Shown here: one piece after another, positions 12,998 through 27,200 of the stretch
How positions within the stretch are numbered: the stretch's first letter is position 1
Layout of the letters: each line of letters opens with the position of its first letter
Origin: Balanoglossus misakiensis
Taxonomy: Eukaryota > Animalia > Hemichordata
Assembly (NCBI GenBank): GCA_040954595.2
Contig: CM082584.2
Location: forward strand, 6,080,110 to 6,144,109
Direction of reading: 5' to 3'
DNA length: 64,000 bases
Program-made: the position numbers and the translations under genes
Notes under the pieces: generated by a model
The model's database searches: none
Seen by the model: only the letters and a program-made list of their open reading frames with translations
Told to the model about the DNA's origin: nothing

Positions 12998-14198
12998 ATT
13001 ACTATATCCTGTTTTTAGAAAGGGTGGTCGGCTAAAAGCTAGTGAAAAGTGGTTTATAAATGGTAACAGAATTGAAGTTGTCCCAGTCTATAACTACCTT
13101 GGTGTACTGTTTTCTATCTCTGGTTTATGGAACAAAGCACAGAGTCAATTAGCAATTCAAGCTACAAAAGCTTTATTTAATGTTAAAAAATCACTATGCA
13201 AGTTTAGACTTCTTGATGTCAGCTTGGCTTTTAAAATTTTTGACACTAAAATACTACCAATTATGATGTATGGTAGTGAAGTTTGGGGTCTACATGCGGG
13301 AGAGCAGATTGAAATAGTTCAAAACAAATTTTGTCGCTTTATATTGAAGCTTTATCATAATGCTCCAAACTTGGCTGTAAAGGGTGAATTGGGTCGTTTT
13401 TCAATCCGTACTGTCAGACTGGCCAGAGTTGTTAAATATTGGCTTAGATTATTGTCTCTCCCTCATTGTCGCATTGTGCACACCTGTTACAAATTTCAAT
13501 TTTGTGAAGCCGAAAAGAGTAAAGGCTGCTGGGCTTTTGGAGTGAAACAGTTACTTTTTTCTCTTGGAATGGGTGAAGCTTGGCTGAGCCAAGGGGTTGG
13601 GAATGTTAATGTATTTTTGAGTTTGTTTAAGCAGCGTTGTCAAGATATATTCATTCAAGAATGGTACGCCAACATGAGTGCTTTCCCCAAATTGGATACC
13701 TATTGTAAATTTAAGAGTTCATTTGGTAGAGAGAAATATTTTTCAGTCTTACAGGAAGAGAAATTTCGGAATGCCTTGTGTCGCTTTCGTGTTTCTGCAC
13801 ATACCTTGAGAATAGAATCAGACAGACATCTACATAACCAACGTGCTGAGAGAATTTGTCTCTATTGTAACACAAATAATATAGAAGATGAATTTCATTT
13901 TTGCCTGATATGTCCATTTTATACAGATTTGAGAGCCAAGTATATTCCAAAATATTTCTATACATTACCGTCCATTGATAAATTTGTCAAACTTTTGCAA
14001 TCTGAAAATGCTTCCATTATACAGAATCTATCAAAGTTTATATTGTTTTCCACAAGGAAACGTCATAATGCAATACCAGGTTCAACACCTGCAAATGTTG
14101 TGTAAATAACTACATGTAAACAGCGTCTTCAGTGATGTAACTTTATTATATGATGTATACCTATGGGCCGGTGGCCTACAGTATGTGAATAAATAATA

Positions 14199-14235
<37 letters not shown>

Positions 14236-14248
14236 TACTATATCCTGT
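12998..14248 (+). mobile_element. 5'-truncated non-LTR retrotransposon (LINE, possibly RTE-X-like) with poly(A) tail and 15-bp target-site duplication
   Basis: Uninterrupted ORF to 14105 with the RT C-terminal motif YNYLGVLFS, thumb-like region and Cys/His knuckle (ERICLYC...IEDEFHFCLICP). AATAAA near 14188 and about 30 A at 14201-14230. ATTACTATATCCTGT is duplicated at 12998-13012 and 14234-14248. The clade assignment is from memory. Confidence 0.9.
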
Positions 14249-17200
14249 CGCTGTCATGAAGACAAACGCGCAAATCATTACACCAATTTAGTTCAAATAT
14301 AACCATATTGTGGGCATAAACCCCCGATTTCATTTTCCAAATTCCGATTGCAGAGATTTTGATGGTGAGAATCCAGAACAGTCATGTGTACTGATATAGC
14401 TTTAATATGTACATGTATCATGATCTCGTTTCTGTATCTTGATTGTGACCTGGTGCTGGATGTTGACATTTACCGGATTCTTAACCATGATACACAAGTT
14501 TCAGCATATACAAAATAGTAAATATTTTAGCAAATTGATTAAGTTGGTTGTGACACATTTACATTCACAAGTTGTATGCATTCATGTATTAAGTGGTATA
14601 GCTGACAAAAATCATGGAGCAAAGGTTTTTTTATTAATTGCTTTCTTTTTCTCTTATGATAATTGAAAAAAAATTACCAGCTAGGAGAATGTCTTCCATA
14701 TTTTGATGTCACCTCTAAAATATAAAGCAACATTTGCTTTTGTTGGGAATGGTATATAAAATGTAGTTACGTTTTCGGTTTTACGACGGGCGTAGGTGGA
14801 CGGTAAGATTGACAATCCTATACAAATAAGCGTAAAAATATCGGAAACTATTTTCTTCCTTCATCGCATCATTATGTGGATGACGACGCAACATTCTAAT
14901 GGGCGGGCGTTCGGACGTATATCAAAACTGCAAAAATGGCCCAAAGGTGGAGTATCAGGGCTTCAATAGAACTACATAATTGTAAACATCATCATCGGGT
15001 AATGATTTCTGTTTAGACGGACATGCGGAACATTTTAGCATAAGAATAGAAATGCCAAGCACATATAAAATAATCTCACAATTGCAAGGTTTGCTTGATA
15101 ACGTGCAATATACGAAACACTCATTTTCTTTCTTTGTTTTATGTATGGAAATAAAAGCGCTTTAATGGAACGACTCAGTAATCAGATTTCGCATTATTGT
15201 GAATTTTCAAAATCGTTGAATCGGTTTTGATGAAGCCAATGATTTTCAATACGATGTTATTAAATATGCAGCAAAAGTAATGCTGATTTTCTACAGAGGA
15301 GGACGACGAAGAAGAAGCATCAGTAACAATACTTCAAGAATTCCTTATATGCATAATGTATACGTACATGTAGCTATAATACATTTTTATATACGTAAAA
15401 TACTGAGAAAACTTAAAGAACATCCTGGTGGTGGCGTTGAAAGTACCTAATATATGTCTTAAAACCAAATTAAATTATTTTTCCGATTCACTGTGAGCCC
15501 TGTTCATACTTATACTTGGCAATACTTACTGATCTTCAAAACTCCTCCCCATAAACGCATAAGGGATAATTTTTTCCGTAATCAGAACCGCAAAATCTTA
15601 TTTTTTCAATCGCGACTGCTAAATTTCTACCTGCAGGGGCGAGCCTACAGTGTACACAAATTAAGTTTTGCGATATGTTTTAATCTCTCGGCAAAACTTG
15701 AGGATTCGTGGACGATTTGGTTTGATAAGAAGTCATTGAAACTTTGATAAAATGCGGCCTAAATAAAACCCAAGGAAGGTAAGTGGCGCCATTATATCGA
15801 CACGTTATGATCACCATTAATTTGATGTACCATGCACTGATTACGAATTTTGACATTTAAAACCCCCACTCACACGAATTTAGTGTAAGGGGACTTGGTT
15901 ATTGGCCATTTTGATGTATTTCCCCTCCCCAGGGTGTATATTAATGCCGTCTCCACCAATTATCCATCACTGGCCAGCTAATAAGCTCTGTTCAGATGGT
16001 TGATTGGTTAATCTTCTATGTTATGCCTCCCTGCAGACGATAAGTGGAGCCATTTTATCGACATGTTTTGATTACTTACGTGAACCAGTGCTGATAACGA
16101 AATGTCCACAATGCGATGTACTGATGTATAGGGATTTAGCGAAAACATGTCGAATGCGCGTGTGCTTTTTTATCTATTGTTGCCGCCCTATTATTGCCAC
16201 CTCCACCAATCATTGGCCATCAGCCACAATCGTATTCTGCATGTTGAGGTCGCCGATTGGTTAATGTCTGCATTCACATTATTGTGCTTTCGATGAAAAC
16301 GAGAAGAGGTGGGCCGGTGGAATTTGGGAGGATCGCTCTCTACACATCTGTCTTGGTCACATTTTACATTTGGAAACAAACAAGCGCCCGCATACGCTGG
16401 TGAAACGCCCGCACACTTCCTGAACGGCAATGAGTTGTCGATCACTAGTTATGAAAAAAACTTCACGTTCGACTATATAAGTAGACATGCACGTCATTGT
16501 GTATTAAGATCTGTGCGTTGATAATATTGTAAACAGTACAGCAAAATTATTTTACCCCAAAATTGTGTATTAAGAATGACTAAAACACAATTATTAGCAT
16601 TAATTAATGCTTTCTCGTTATCATGATTCTTGGTGATGTACTTAGTACAGTTCTTTGACTGATTACTCCACGGTGAAATTTGCCCTAGATGATATGCAAT
16701 CTCTAACGTACGCTGCTCTGCGGCGCAATTGCGCCTTCTTGAGTCCATTCGTTGTGTATCTACATACTGCTCATTAAAGTTTGACCAGTCAGACTGTCGT
16801 AATTAGTACGTCACCTGTAGCTGTGATTGGACCATGAAATGACAGAATGGAATCAACCACGTATAGTGACTTTTGTAACTATCGCCACCTAGAAGCCCTA
16901 GTTGTTTATCGTTTCTAGATTAACCCCGTAACCCCCGTCCTCACGGAATTTGCTGTAACTTATATCAATTAACGACGTTCACATTAAACGTCATCAGTTT
17001 ATGTGAGTCTGCGCGCAACTGTAGTAACGTTCTCATATCGCGATATCGTATCAGTATTGCCTTTGCATTACCATGGCCGTGCGCACTGATGTGAAGCACG
17101 GGCAAATTTAGAATGTGTAGTAGATGGTCCGAAAAGGCAGAACATGAGATCATGAATCATTGTTGTTGTCATATGATTAAACTTGTATCACCATTCGAAT

Positions 17201-18770
17201 ATGAATTAAAGATTGCGACATCTGCATGTACGGTGGTGGCACATTGTCGATGTTGTTTCGACAACTTGAAAACTTGACACCAGCATTTTGGTTGAAAAAT
17301 CATCGATTAGTTACTCGAGATCTTAGATAGGCTGATGTCTTGTTGGCGGCGTCGCGTTTATTACAAGATGTGAGTTCAGCGCGCGAGGGGAAAACGTAGC
17401 ACAAGTTAATGTACCAAAATTGAGAGTACATTTTTATTTTCCAAAAGTTTCGCTTTTATACAAAAGTGCATAGACGCCACATGATACGATATTACGACTC
17501 GAAATCTCATCCAGTCGTATATCCACTATAGTGTGACCGAGGTCTGCATCACACTTCATGCACTACGCCTCGACCAAGAGGTGACATCGAGCGATAACCT
17601 CCTGGACTTCAGAGAACCTTTGCGCTGACACCACCAGTAGATCGACACACATACTTAGTGGGAATACTCGTGGAGTGAAGTGCTTGGTGATAGCTTTTCA
17701 AGCTATTATCTCCTGTTGTCAGTTCTGGGTTCTGTAAGCAGTTACGTTATCGCTCACCGGATTAAATCAATTGCTACAGAAACAGATCAGTTTATTTTTC
17801 TGATTGTGAATAATTTCCTTACGCTTTGGGTCCGTTATAATTTGAATATTGGACACCCCGAAATTTGACAAACCAACCGAAGGAGTTTGTCGACTCCCTC
17901 AGTTTCAACCCTGTCACTGACACACTTTTAATATTTCTTGTTTGCACTGTGACATACATTAAAGTGACGCTCATCTGTTGGAGGGCTAATGCCCTGATCC
18001 AACACTCACCACAGTTTTCTGACTAAATGTTTTCCTGTTTTTTAGCATTTCTCCCCGGAGGCTAAAGGTCAGGAAGTCCAACGCCCGTCTCTCCATGTAT
18101 TGTTAAAAATAGTCAGACGCATATTACAAGGACATGGGACCATTAAATGCTCCAGCAATAGTTCTTACTCGCTGGTTTTTCTCTAGCATAAGATATGTCA
18201 AACACGTAAATTAATTATATAATTTTCTATAAAAAGAACGATGCTACCGGATCCAGTTACTGCTTACATTACGAAAATGTTGATGACATCATCCGGCTAC
18301 ATAGACTGGAGACATATATGGTATGATACCGCCATTATTAACCGTAATCCAAGCAGTAATTCCTGGTAGCGATTGGAGTTGACCGCAAACAATTGATCAT
18401 CAATAATCAATGCCTTATAAATCAATTTCGAGCACCCTTACACGAAATCGTTCCGCTCCTGTGCTAAGTCCCTCGTGACGTCACCATGTAACAATACCTT
18501 GAAGGAGATAATTCGGTCGCCGGCGAACGTATACAGTCAATTAGCATAATTTGCTTATGTCCAGCATTCGATTTGAATTGATTGGCATCTACGGGACTTA
18601 CTGCAATCACCGACACATTGGGAAAAATTGTTGAAAGGCCGCGACCATACGCAATCCCCATCGACGAAATCAGTTCTCTTTGTGATTTTTGACGTCGAAT
18701 CAGACTTAATCTGAGCTGCAAGTGAAATAGATAATTTTACAACAATCTATCGATGCCGTAAAAGGACACG

Positions 18771-19302
18771 ATGTCATCTTATGCGTCGTCGGTGGAGCTG
18801 TTGTGCCTTCTCCTTGCGGGTTAGTGTATATATTTGTTCATTTATTTATTTGTTTGTACTTATTTTTGTGTATGTTTATTAATCTGTATAATTTGACCAG
18901 GGCTGCATTACTGTCTTAAAATTTCGCTCGCATAGGCTATTTCCCCCTTCCATTCTGATTGAATTATATATTGAACTGACAACCTATTTGGGTCGTTCAA
19001 CAATGACAGAAGTCCGTGTTCTTTCTGTGAAGCGAAGTGCATTACAGCTAGTACTCCGCCCTCACGCGCTAAATAAACGCCAACATTGAACTTCCACCAT
19101 CATGATGACAAAGTTGCTTTACCAATGGCGCTGTGAGATTATGTGAAACTTGTCAACGAAATGTTTTAAATGTATATAGATTCGCAAGATTATCGGAGCT
19201 CTATCCAACCGATAGATTCATTTGATACCTGAACGGATGAGAATGTGGATGACCAAAGTTACCCCAATACACATAGAAAAAGAAAATTCATTACGCTCTA
19301 TT

Positions 19303-19393
<91 letters not shown>

Positions 19394-21176
19394 TTACGAT
19401 GTGCATTAATTTGCTTATCGCATCCTGATCGATATACAGTATCTGGTTGCTTTACAGTGACAAGTGTACACGCTAACAACAATGCGAGGTGTCAAACTCA
19501 AGGTAAGCTGGTCAAACTTTGTCAAGCTCAGTGTTTGTATGTCACCTTGGTTTGTCAGCTAGTAAAACACCGATTCCTGTTTAAATACAAACACTTTCCA
19601 CTTTTTCTAGATCGACAGTTTATTCTTGGGCAACTATCTGCTACTAGCCCCAACGCAGAATCGCGTGTCACGTGTCCGGGAGGTAGCCTAGCAACGTCTT
19701 GCCAGTGCGACGTCACACAGAATAAATGTAACGGTGCCTGGTTTACAGAGACCGATCAATGCACAGCACTAAACAGTCCCACCAATGCCGTTGGAACCAG
19801 GGTAAGCCAGTCAACATGCCACAAAAAGATGTGAATTTAAAATTCACTACATCCGCATACACGATATACAGCAACGTATACGCAATTGCTTTGGATGCGG
19901 AACTCATACGTCATGTATGCCAGCTACGAAGTTTTTCTCATTTCTCGATCCAAACTTGATTTTACTTGGCATAATACCAATTTTCGCTTTTTGAGCTATT
20001 CACTGGGCGTTTCTACATCGGAACATGACAACAGGGAAATGGTGAAGGGTTAATTATCAGGACATCATATAGCCCGAACAATGTAACCATAAATCCTGTC
20101 AGTGCGAGAGATGGATGAGATGGGAAAACATGGCAACGTTTTTGGGTTTCCAGGTGCGGCAACGAAGTATTGATACTTTGAACGGTGATTTGTGATCGGA
20201 CATGTTTGTAATTTACTACTGCTGTCAGTGTTGAAACCACAAATACGTGCGGGTTACATGTTATCCGGGACGGAAATACATGTACAAAAATCCTTGAATA
20301 AACAACAAAACATGTTATCAGATTTATGTTATGATTTATGCATTTTTAGGCAAATGTAACGTGCACCACATTCTCTTGTGACGACACCTACCGCGTAGAA
20401 GTGGAAACTTTGACCAACCAAGATTCATCGAATCCAACGGTCACATGTCCGGATTGGACAGCACTGATTGGTTGCAGTATGAAAGACACGTAAGTTCTCA
20501 TCACTCTGTGTAATGAATAGTTTTGGGAAAGTGCAAACCACGTTTTCATACGAAATCCGAAACATGGTGACAGTTAGCAAACGGGAAATTACCAGACTCG
20601 ATCCGAGTGTTCACTGTTCAAAACTGTCGCAAAAAAATTGAAAACAACACACGTGCGACTTTCAAGGGGATAACGCATGACCGCATGATCACTAGTGCGT
20701 TGAGATTTTGACCTGCTGGGTCGAGTAGGGATGGATCTAGAATGCGGTAACGAATGATGTAATGCTTGTTTGTCTTGCATTAAAAAGACGCATACTCTAC
20801 GTAGGTCCAAAAGTACGGGCCAGTTGTTATAAGCCAGGTTGACACAACAGATATATCGGGTTGTTATATTGGTTTTTAATTAGTTGCACACAAGCATGGC
20901 GAGATTTGCATCAAACACGAAAACACTTGAAATGTGACCCACTCTGACATATCATAATGATATCCGTGTAAACATATAAATCCGTAGTATGCATTTTACA
21001 GTGTCACGAATCACACGTTAGAATTGGGTGTTTCTCTTTGCGTCTATATGACTTTCAGCCATTATGGCATCGAATCTGTGCACGTCTGCATTTTCCTAAC
21101 CACGACAGCGTACGTGCTTTTGTCAACTTGAACACGCTGTCGGCCCGGAATTTATACCGTTGCAAGGTGCCCATCA

Positions 21177-21258
<82 letters not shown>

Positions 21259-24200
21259 GCCACCATTAGCACCACAACCAACTACCACTAGCAGAAAAAA
21301 GAAACAGCAACAAAACAATTGTCCTCCAGGTAGACAGAGAAAGAAAACGACGAAATTATCGTGTGTGTTTTTTAAACCCAAAGCAAATTTTACTTCAAGA
21401 ATATCCAAGCAAACATACAAGGAAATAAGAAGTGGGTTTATAGTCCGAGTGGCGTGGTTGAGAATGTTTATCCTAGACTATTAATGATTCCAATAATTCT
21501 CAATTCCACCAGGTCTTCGCAAGGCGACAGCAATTATGGACAAGGTGTGATAACGGGGAATACATGTCAGTATGGTCCTTGCACTGATTCCATCGCAAAG
21601 TGTTCTGTCTATGCAAGATGCCAAGGTTAGTGTTACCGCCCTATAGTAATGTATGAGGTTGTCGAAAACTCGTTCGACCAGAGCTCCGACAATGAAACAA
21701 AGGTCAGGCACTAGCGAGCGATGACCTCCCTATTGCGATAACCCCTTTAGCACGGGCATAGCTGAGACACCTAGTTGCATGCATACAGTTTCCAACATTC
21801 CATTATTTTGGTCTAGAGCACATATAATGAATAAACTGACTGTTGTCGTTGTCATCGCTCGATTCTGCTCAGTCCGAACCGGAATTTGATGAGCGTCGAC
21901 TTGTTCATATGAGCATTAGGCTAATGCCTAGAGCTGTTTCTCGAGAATCACGAGGGTCTAAAGTGAGCTTGTGGTTTTCGTAGCAGGACATCAAGTACGT
22001 TTGACATTTGAAACAGTGATAATAGCGAAATAAACGATATTAATTCTGCGAGCGAGACACGCATTGCATTTGTGAAATTCCAGTAAAACTTAGAAATATT
22101 GCTATATTTCAAATCTAATTTCATTGCGAGATACCTACACTGTTATGACTTACAGCAAAATCTTATTATCTTGCTTATGTCCTTTAAAGCTGTTTACCAA
22201 TGCGTATTTCTTGATGCCGCCGTTGATGAAAGATGCACAGACTACATCATCATAAGTTGGCTGCTGGACGGCGATCCTATTTACGTGCCTGGATACAAAA
22301 TCACCATACTGCCCGCCACCGTGGAAGGAGAGACGGAGATTATCCTGCGAGGGAGCGTCTTGGTGGATTTGTACGACCCTATCACTGGTCGGATGGTTTA
22401 TAACATCTCAACTATTGCACCTGTCGTTTCCTATGAAATTAGCATTTACCTGATGGATGACTTTGGGGGCGTTACAGATAAAATCACAGTTATTAGCGGT
22501 AAGATGAAGTGTGCTGCATTGCACTTTCTGTAACTGGGCTGTACAGTAGTTTGCTCTGTTGCGCCCTAGTAACAAAAAGACAACTCACAACCAATCGGGA
22601 TGGATATATGGACAATTTTTGTTCACGCTTTAGCGTGCACATTTCCTGTATCATCTATGCGATGTTCATTGGTACATACTTGGTCTTGGTAAATCTGTAA
22701 GATAAACCTCATTCAATACCATTACGTAATCAAGAAGACTGTGTATCATGATATATAAGACAAACCGAAACAATACTTTCACATAGCATGAACATGATTT
22801 AACCATACTATGCTTTGTAACCTGAAGCACCTGATCCGCAAAACTGATTTTGTTTTGACCAGTTTTGTAATCAGTTACCCACCATACTAAGTTGAAACAA
22901 TCTCAAATTGAAATGTTTATATCAGCCATACCGCATCTCATTCTTCATTATACGTTTTATTGTCATTTTGTTGCAGATGACTTATGTGTAAATGCATCGA
23001 ATCCATGCCAGAATGGTGGTACGTGCTGTGATGACGGTACTGACTATGTATGCCACTGCACAGAAGGTTACACCGGAACCAACTGTCAGGATATAGCCGA
23101 TCCCTGTGATCCTAATCCTTGTCAAAATGGTGGATTGTGCATTTCCCTTAATCCGGGATTTATATGTAGTTGTCCCATAGGATATGGCGGCATATATTGT
23201 GAGGAACGTAAGTATGAAAACAGCGAATTTGTCTTTAAAAGAGGAAAGTCTTGATTTGGATAGTAATTGAAATTCTATATATCTTTTAACTTTCGGGTGG
23301 ACCAAAACTGTTCTACTTAAACTTTTTTCCCATTTCACCTCAGTGGTCTTGGTTCCCGTTGATACTGGCGAGGTAGATGTAGTCCCGCGTTGCACATCAG
23401 CCGTGGTAAGTTGGGAGGCAAGTGGCGTTGGTCTAGAACCAGACAGTTACGAGGTGCGGGGAAACGTGCTCGGGAACAGCAACCAGATAGTATTGTGTGG
23501 ATGTCAGCATCCAGAAACATCGTGTCTCGCCACCAACTTAGTAAGAACTTCCACGTACATATACAGCATCGCTAGCATCGCTGGTGTTCAAGAAGAAGAG
23601 ACGCCTGCTCTTACATTCTCCACTACTGGTAAGTCAAAATTATAAAAAAAATATCGATTATTACCAGGAACTCAATTTTAGCCACAAACTCATGAAAAAA
23701 CGAGGTTTGTAAATAAATGTGCCTGTACGAATTATAGTTTCCTATTTTAACAAAGGATTTACTACTACCGTTTATATGTGCTGCTCGCTTTGGGCGTATA
23801 TTTGTCAGTAACTTAATACCGCATTATTAGAATCTACCTATGTCCTAAATGATACATTTACACAACCATCAAAACGATAGAAGGGTGAAATCTTTTGTTT
23901 TCCAATTCCTCCTATATCACTGACGACGTTTTATGTTTCTTATATCGATACAAAGACACCCCTGCCTTTACCACTTGCCCCTCGGACCCGGATTCGGTAT
24001 TTGCCGACGGCGTGGACGAAGCACGGGTTTGGTGGGACGAGCCCGAGGCGGAGTGCCTCGGACCGACTACCATAGGGACATCGTCGCACCAACCCGGTGA
24101 TTACTTCCCCATCGGAACGACAACGGTCACCTACACGTTGATTGACATGGCTGTTGTTGTTGACACCTGCCAATTCGATGTCGTTGTGGAAGGTATTAAA

Positions 24201-27200
24201 CACGTCATGTAATTTCACGGTTCCATGAAAAATTAAACAAATATAATATTGTTATTGAGTTTATTAGAATGTAAACAGTGAAAAGTATGCTGATTCTGCA
24301 TGGTCATCCTTCATTGAGATATCATTTATTTTCTATAGTCCCTTCATTATATTTCATCTTCTCTTTACTTGTGATTCAGTTCCTTGCCCAGCAGTCATCC
24401 GATTATGGAATCAAACTATAAAACCTTTCAATTCTGATTTCAGAACGTGGCGTATGCACAGCTTACGGAGACCCTCACTACATTTCCTTCAACAACGAGA
24501 ATTATGATTTCCAAGGTGTGTGTACATACGTATTGGTTGCAACCAGTCAGTTCGTGTCTCCGGAATTCAACGTCACGGTTTTAAACAAACCCATGGAAAC
24601 AAACCCGTTTTATTCAAATACAAAAGAGGTCAACGTGACGATCTATGACACGGTAGGTAACCTTGGTAGGACGTTGTATAGAAATTATTATTTTGTGGTG
24701 GATAATCTATTGATGACTCTTAATTGTTATTCCATTGCGTAATGGGACTGATCGTTTGGATCCATTTTCTTGATAGCTCATTTCGCTCCTGGAAGGCGGC
24801 AGCGTAACATTAGATGGAATACTGGTGAATCTTCCGGCAAATGTTCCTCCAGATGTCACTGTTTTCAGAAGTGGGTGCAAAGTGGTATGTCAATATTAAT
24901 TTACAATATTATGCATACAAAATTGACACCCGGTAAAACCATTAGCGATCCGTAACATATACACTCGAAAAAGCAATATTTTTCAGTTATAGCTCATAGT
25001 CTTTTCCAATACTTTTAAAGTTAATTTTAGCTTTTGTTAGTTCTTCTAACGACTGACCTAAATATAGCGTTATGAAGCTTACGATGGGGAAGAATAAGAT
25101 GGATCAACGTTCACGAACACTTAAGCTTATGGTAGAATCATTTGCCCTTTTTGTTACTTTCATAGGTTGTTCAGAGTGGATTCGGGCTGTACGTGAGCTA
25201 TGATGGATATCACCAAGTTGATGCGAAAGTACCAGCCGATCCGTACAAATTCAACGTCGGAGGCCTTTGTGGTAACTACGGCAACAGTGGATTCATCAAA
25301 CCAGGGGGAGATGAGGCATGTATTCGTCATTCACATTAATTTTTTCAGACACATGATATTCAACGAATCGGTAGTCTCTGTTGTCGCCGAATCTCTGCAC
25401 CTGACTATCTGTTGATGGCCGTTCCAAGCGTCGAAACTTCCACGAAATAAGAAAAATAATACATATCACTTTTGTGTGCTTCACAGACGGATGATGTCAA
25501 CGAGTTTGGTGATAGTTGGGCTTCAAGAGAAGGATGCAGATTAACAAACACGACAAATCCTATCTGTCCTACATCGTACGGGGTGAATGAATGTGGCATT
25601 ATCATTGATCCAACAGGTAATCATACTTGTGTTGTTAGCTTTGAGGGAAATCTTTACTCGTTATATCGATCGCATCTGTTTTGCAACACGATTCCTGTCG
25701 ATGGAGATTTGGCCATGAGAAATTTGAAAATATCCTAACAGACGCATATACACAAGCAAAAGTAATACCACTGCATTATTATAATAAGAGTTGAACAAAA
25801 TTTGCATAGCGTTCCTGGTGCCACCGAATCTAACCACAATTTTTTTTGAACTGTGACAATAACTGTTCTCCTTTTCCACAGAACTCACATTATTCATAAC
25901 AGCAGACATCGTTAAAAAGGATGAATATTTAGGTTCATACCACCTCTGTTTGTTTACAGGTCCATTTGCCGTTTGCCACAGTACAGTTCCGCCTGATTCG
26001 TACTACGCTTCATGCCTGTACGACTATTGTGCCACAGACGAGTTCTGTCCAGCGATAGAAGCGTATGACCGCGCCTGTGCCGAAAACGGAGTTCAAGTGG
26101 GAGATTGGAGAGAAGGGGATTTTTGTCGTAAGTGCAATTAATATTGCCGATATACTATCATCAACAGTTCATGACAAGGTCGACTATACGAAAAAGAATG
26201 GCATGGTGTCGTCCGAAACATTGACACACATCGTTTGAACCAAAAGCAAAATGAAGAACGATCATTTTTGGATATTGATTGATGAGGCGTTAAAATTGTA
26301 AAGGCTTTTCTTAATTGACAGCGTTGGAGTGTGCAGTTGGCATGGACTATCTGAAATGTGGACCAGGTTGCATGGACACGTGCGTGTATCCAGATGCAAG
26401 TGAACACTGTCCAATCCATGACTGTGTCGAGGGTTGCTTCTGTCCTAACGGCACTGTTGTCGACGGAGACAGGTGTGTCGACCCGGCACACTGCGGCTGT
26501 GAACACGAGGGGAGATATTATTCTGTGAGTACCACAACCACATCTCGATTACAACATTTAAAATGTCAATGTCATATAAATATCTCCAACGATTGAATAC
26601 TGCAGTGAATTCTCACAACGACAAGCCAATTTTCTGATTCAGTCGTCAGTCTAGTCAACAACGCTATTGGGCAGGTCAAAGGGGCCTAATACATGTATAT
26701 GATACCCTTTTCAGATTGGAGATGTGGTAATTGATCCAGAATGCTCAAGAGTATGCAACTGCACCGACAGTAGAGAGATGGTTTGCAGGCCCGTTGAATG
26801 TGACGAAAACGCGTCTTGCTTGATTGATGGCGGAAGACAGAAGTGCGTCTGCGATGGACCATATTACGAGGGAAATGGGCGTCACTGCACTCGTAAGTGA
26901 TTTTTATAGTACACGTGGCAGTGTTATTTGATCACTTAGTCATGGCAACTAGAATTTCCAAAACATAATTGGGCATTCGTTGAATACTATAATCAATTTG
27001 AAATTTAACATATTAATTTTTATCGAAGGAATTTAACATACATGTAGCTATCAATAGGACCGTTTTCTTCTACCTCCAAATTGAACCTGCTGTGCGTTCT
27101 ACGTCACAGGGAAATGCGATGACCCAGGATCACCTGCGAATGGAGGGCAGAACGAAGACCATGATTATCCAGTGTCAAACGGAGTAGAGGTAACGTACTA

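Noticed and set aside
12921-13012. N-terminal hydrophobic 'signal peptide' of the 394-aa ORF, suggesting a domesticated RT gene
   Set aside because: This part lies outside the element boundary set by the target-site duplication and starts at a non-ATG codon. It is chance in-frame flanking sequence.
12900-14248. LINE insertion as the cause of the gene B truncation
   Set aside because: CCP similarity ends near 12910, about 100 bp before the element. The intact target-site duplication shows no deletion at insertion, and no CCP sequence resumes after the element.
14250-18700. Independent gene or RNA gene in the B-C intergenic region
   Set aside because: Only short ORFs without recognisable motifs or consistent splice patterns. 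I could not identify a tRNA or rRNA fold. It may hold unrecognised repeats and the gene C promoter.
21038-21484. Poly-Ser and poly-Asp ORFs (also 38971-39197 and 19218-19482)
   Set aside because: Microsatellite artefacts in introns or intergenic DNA.
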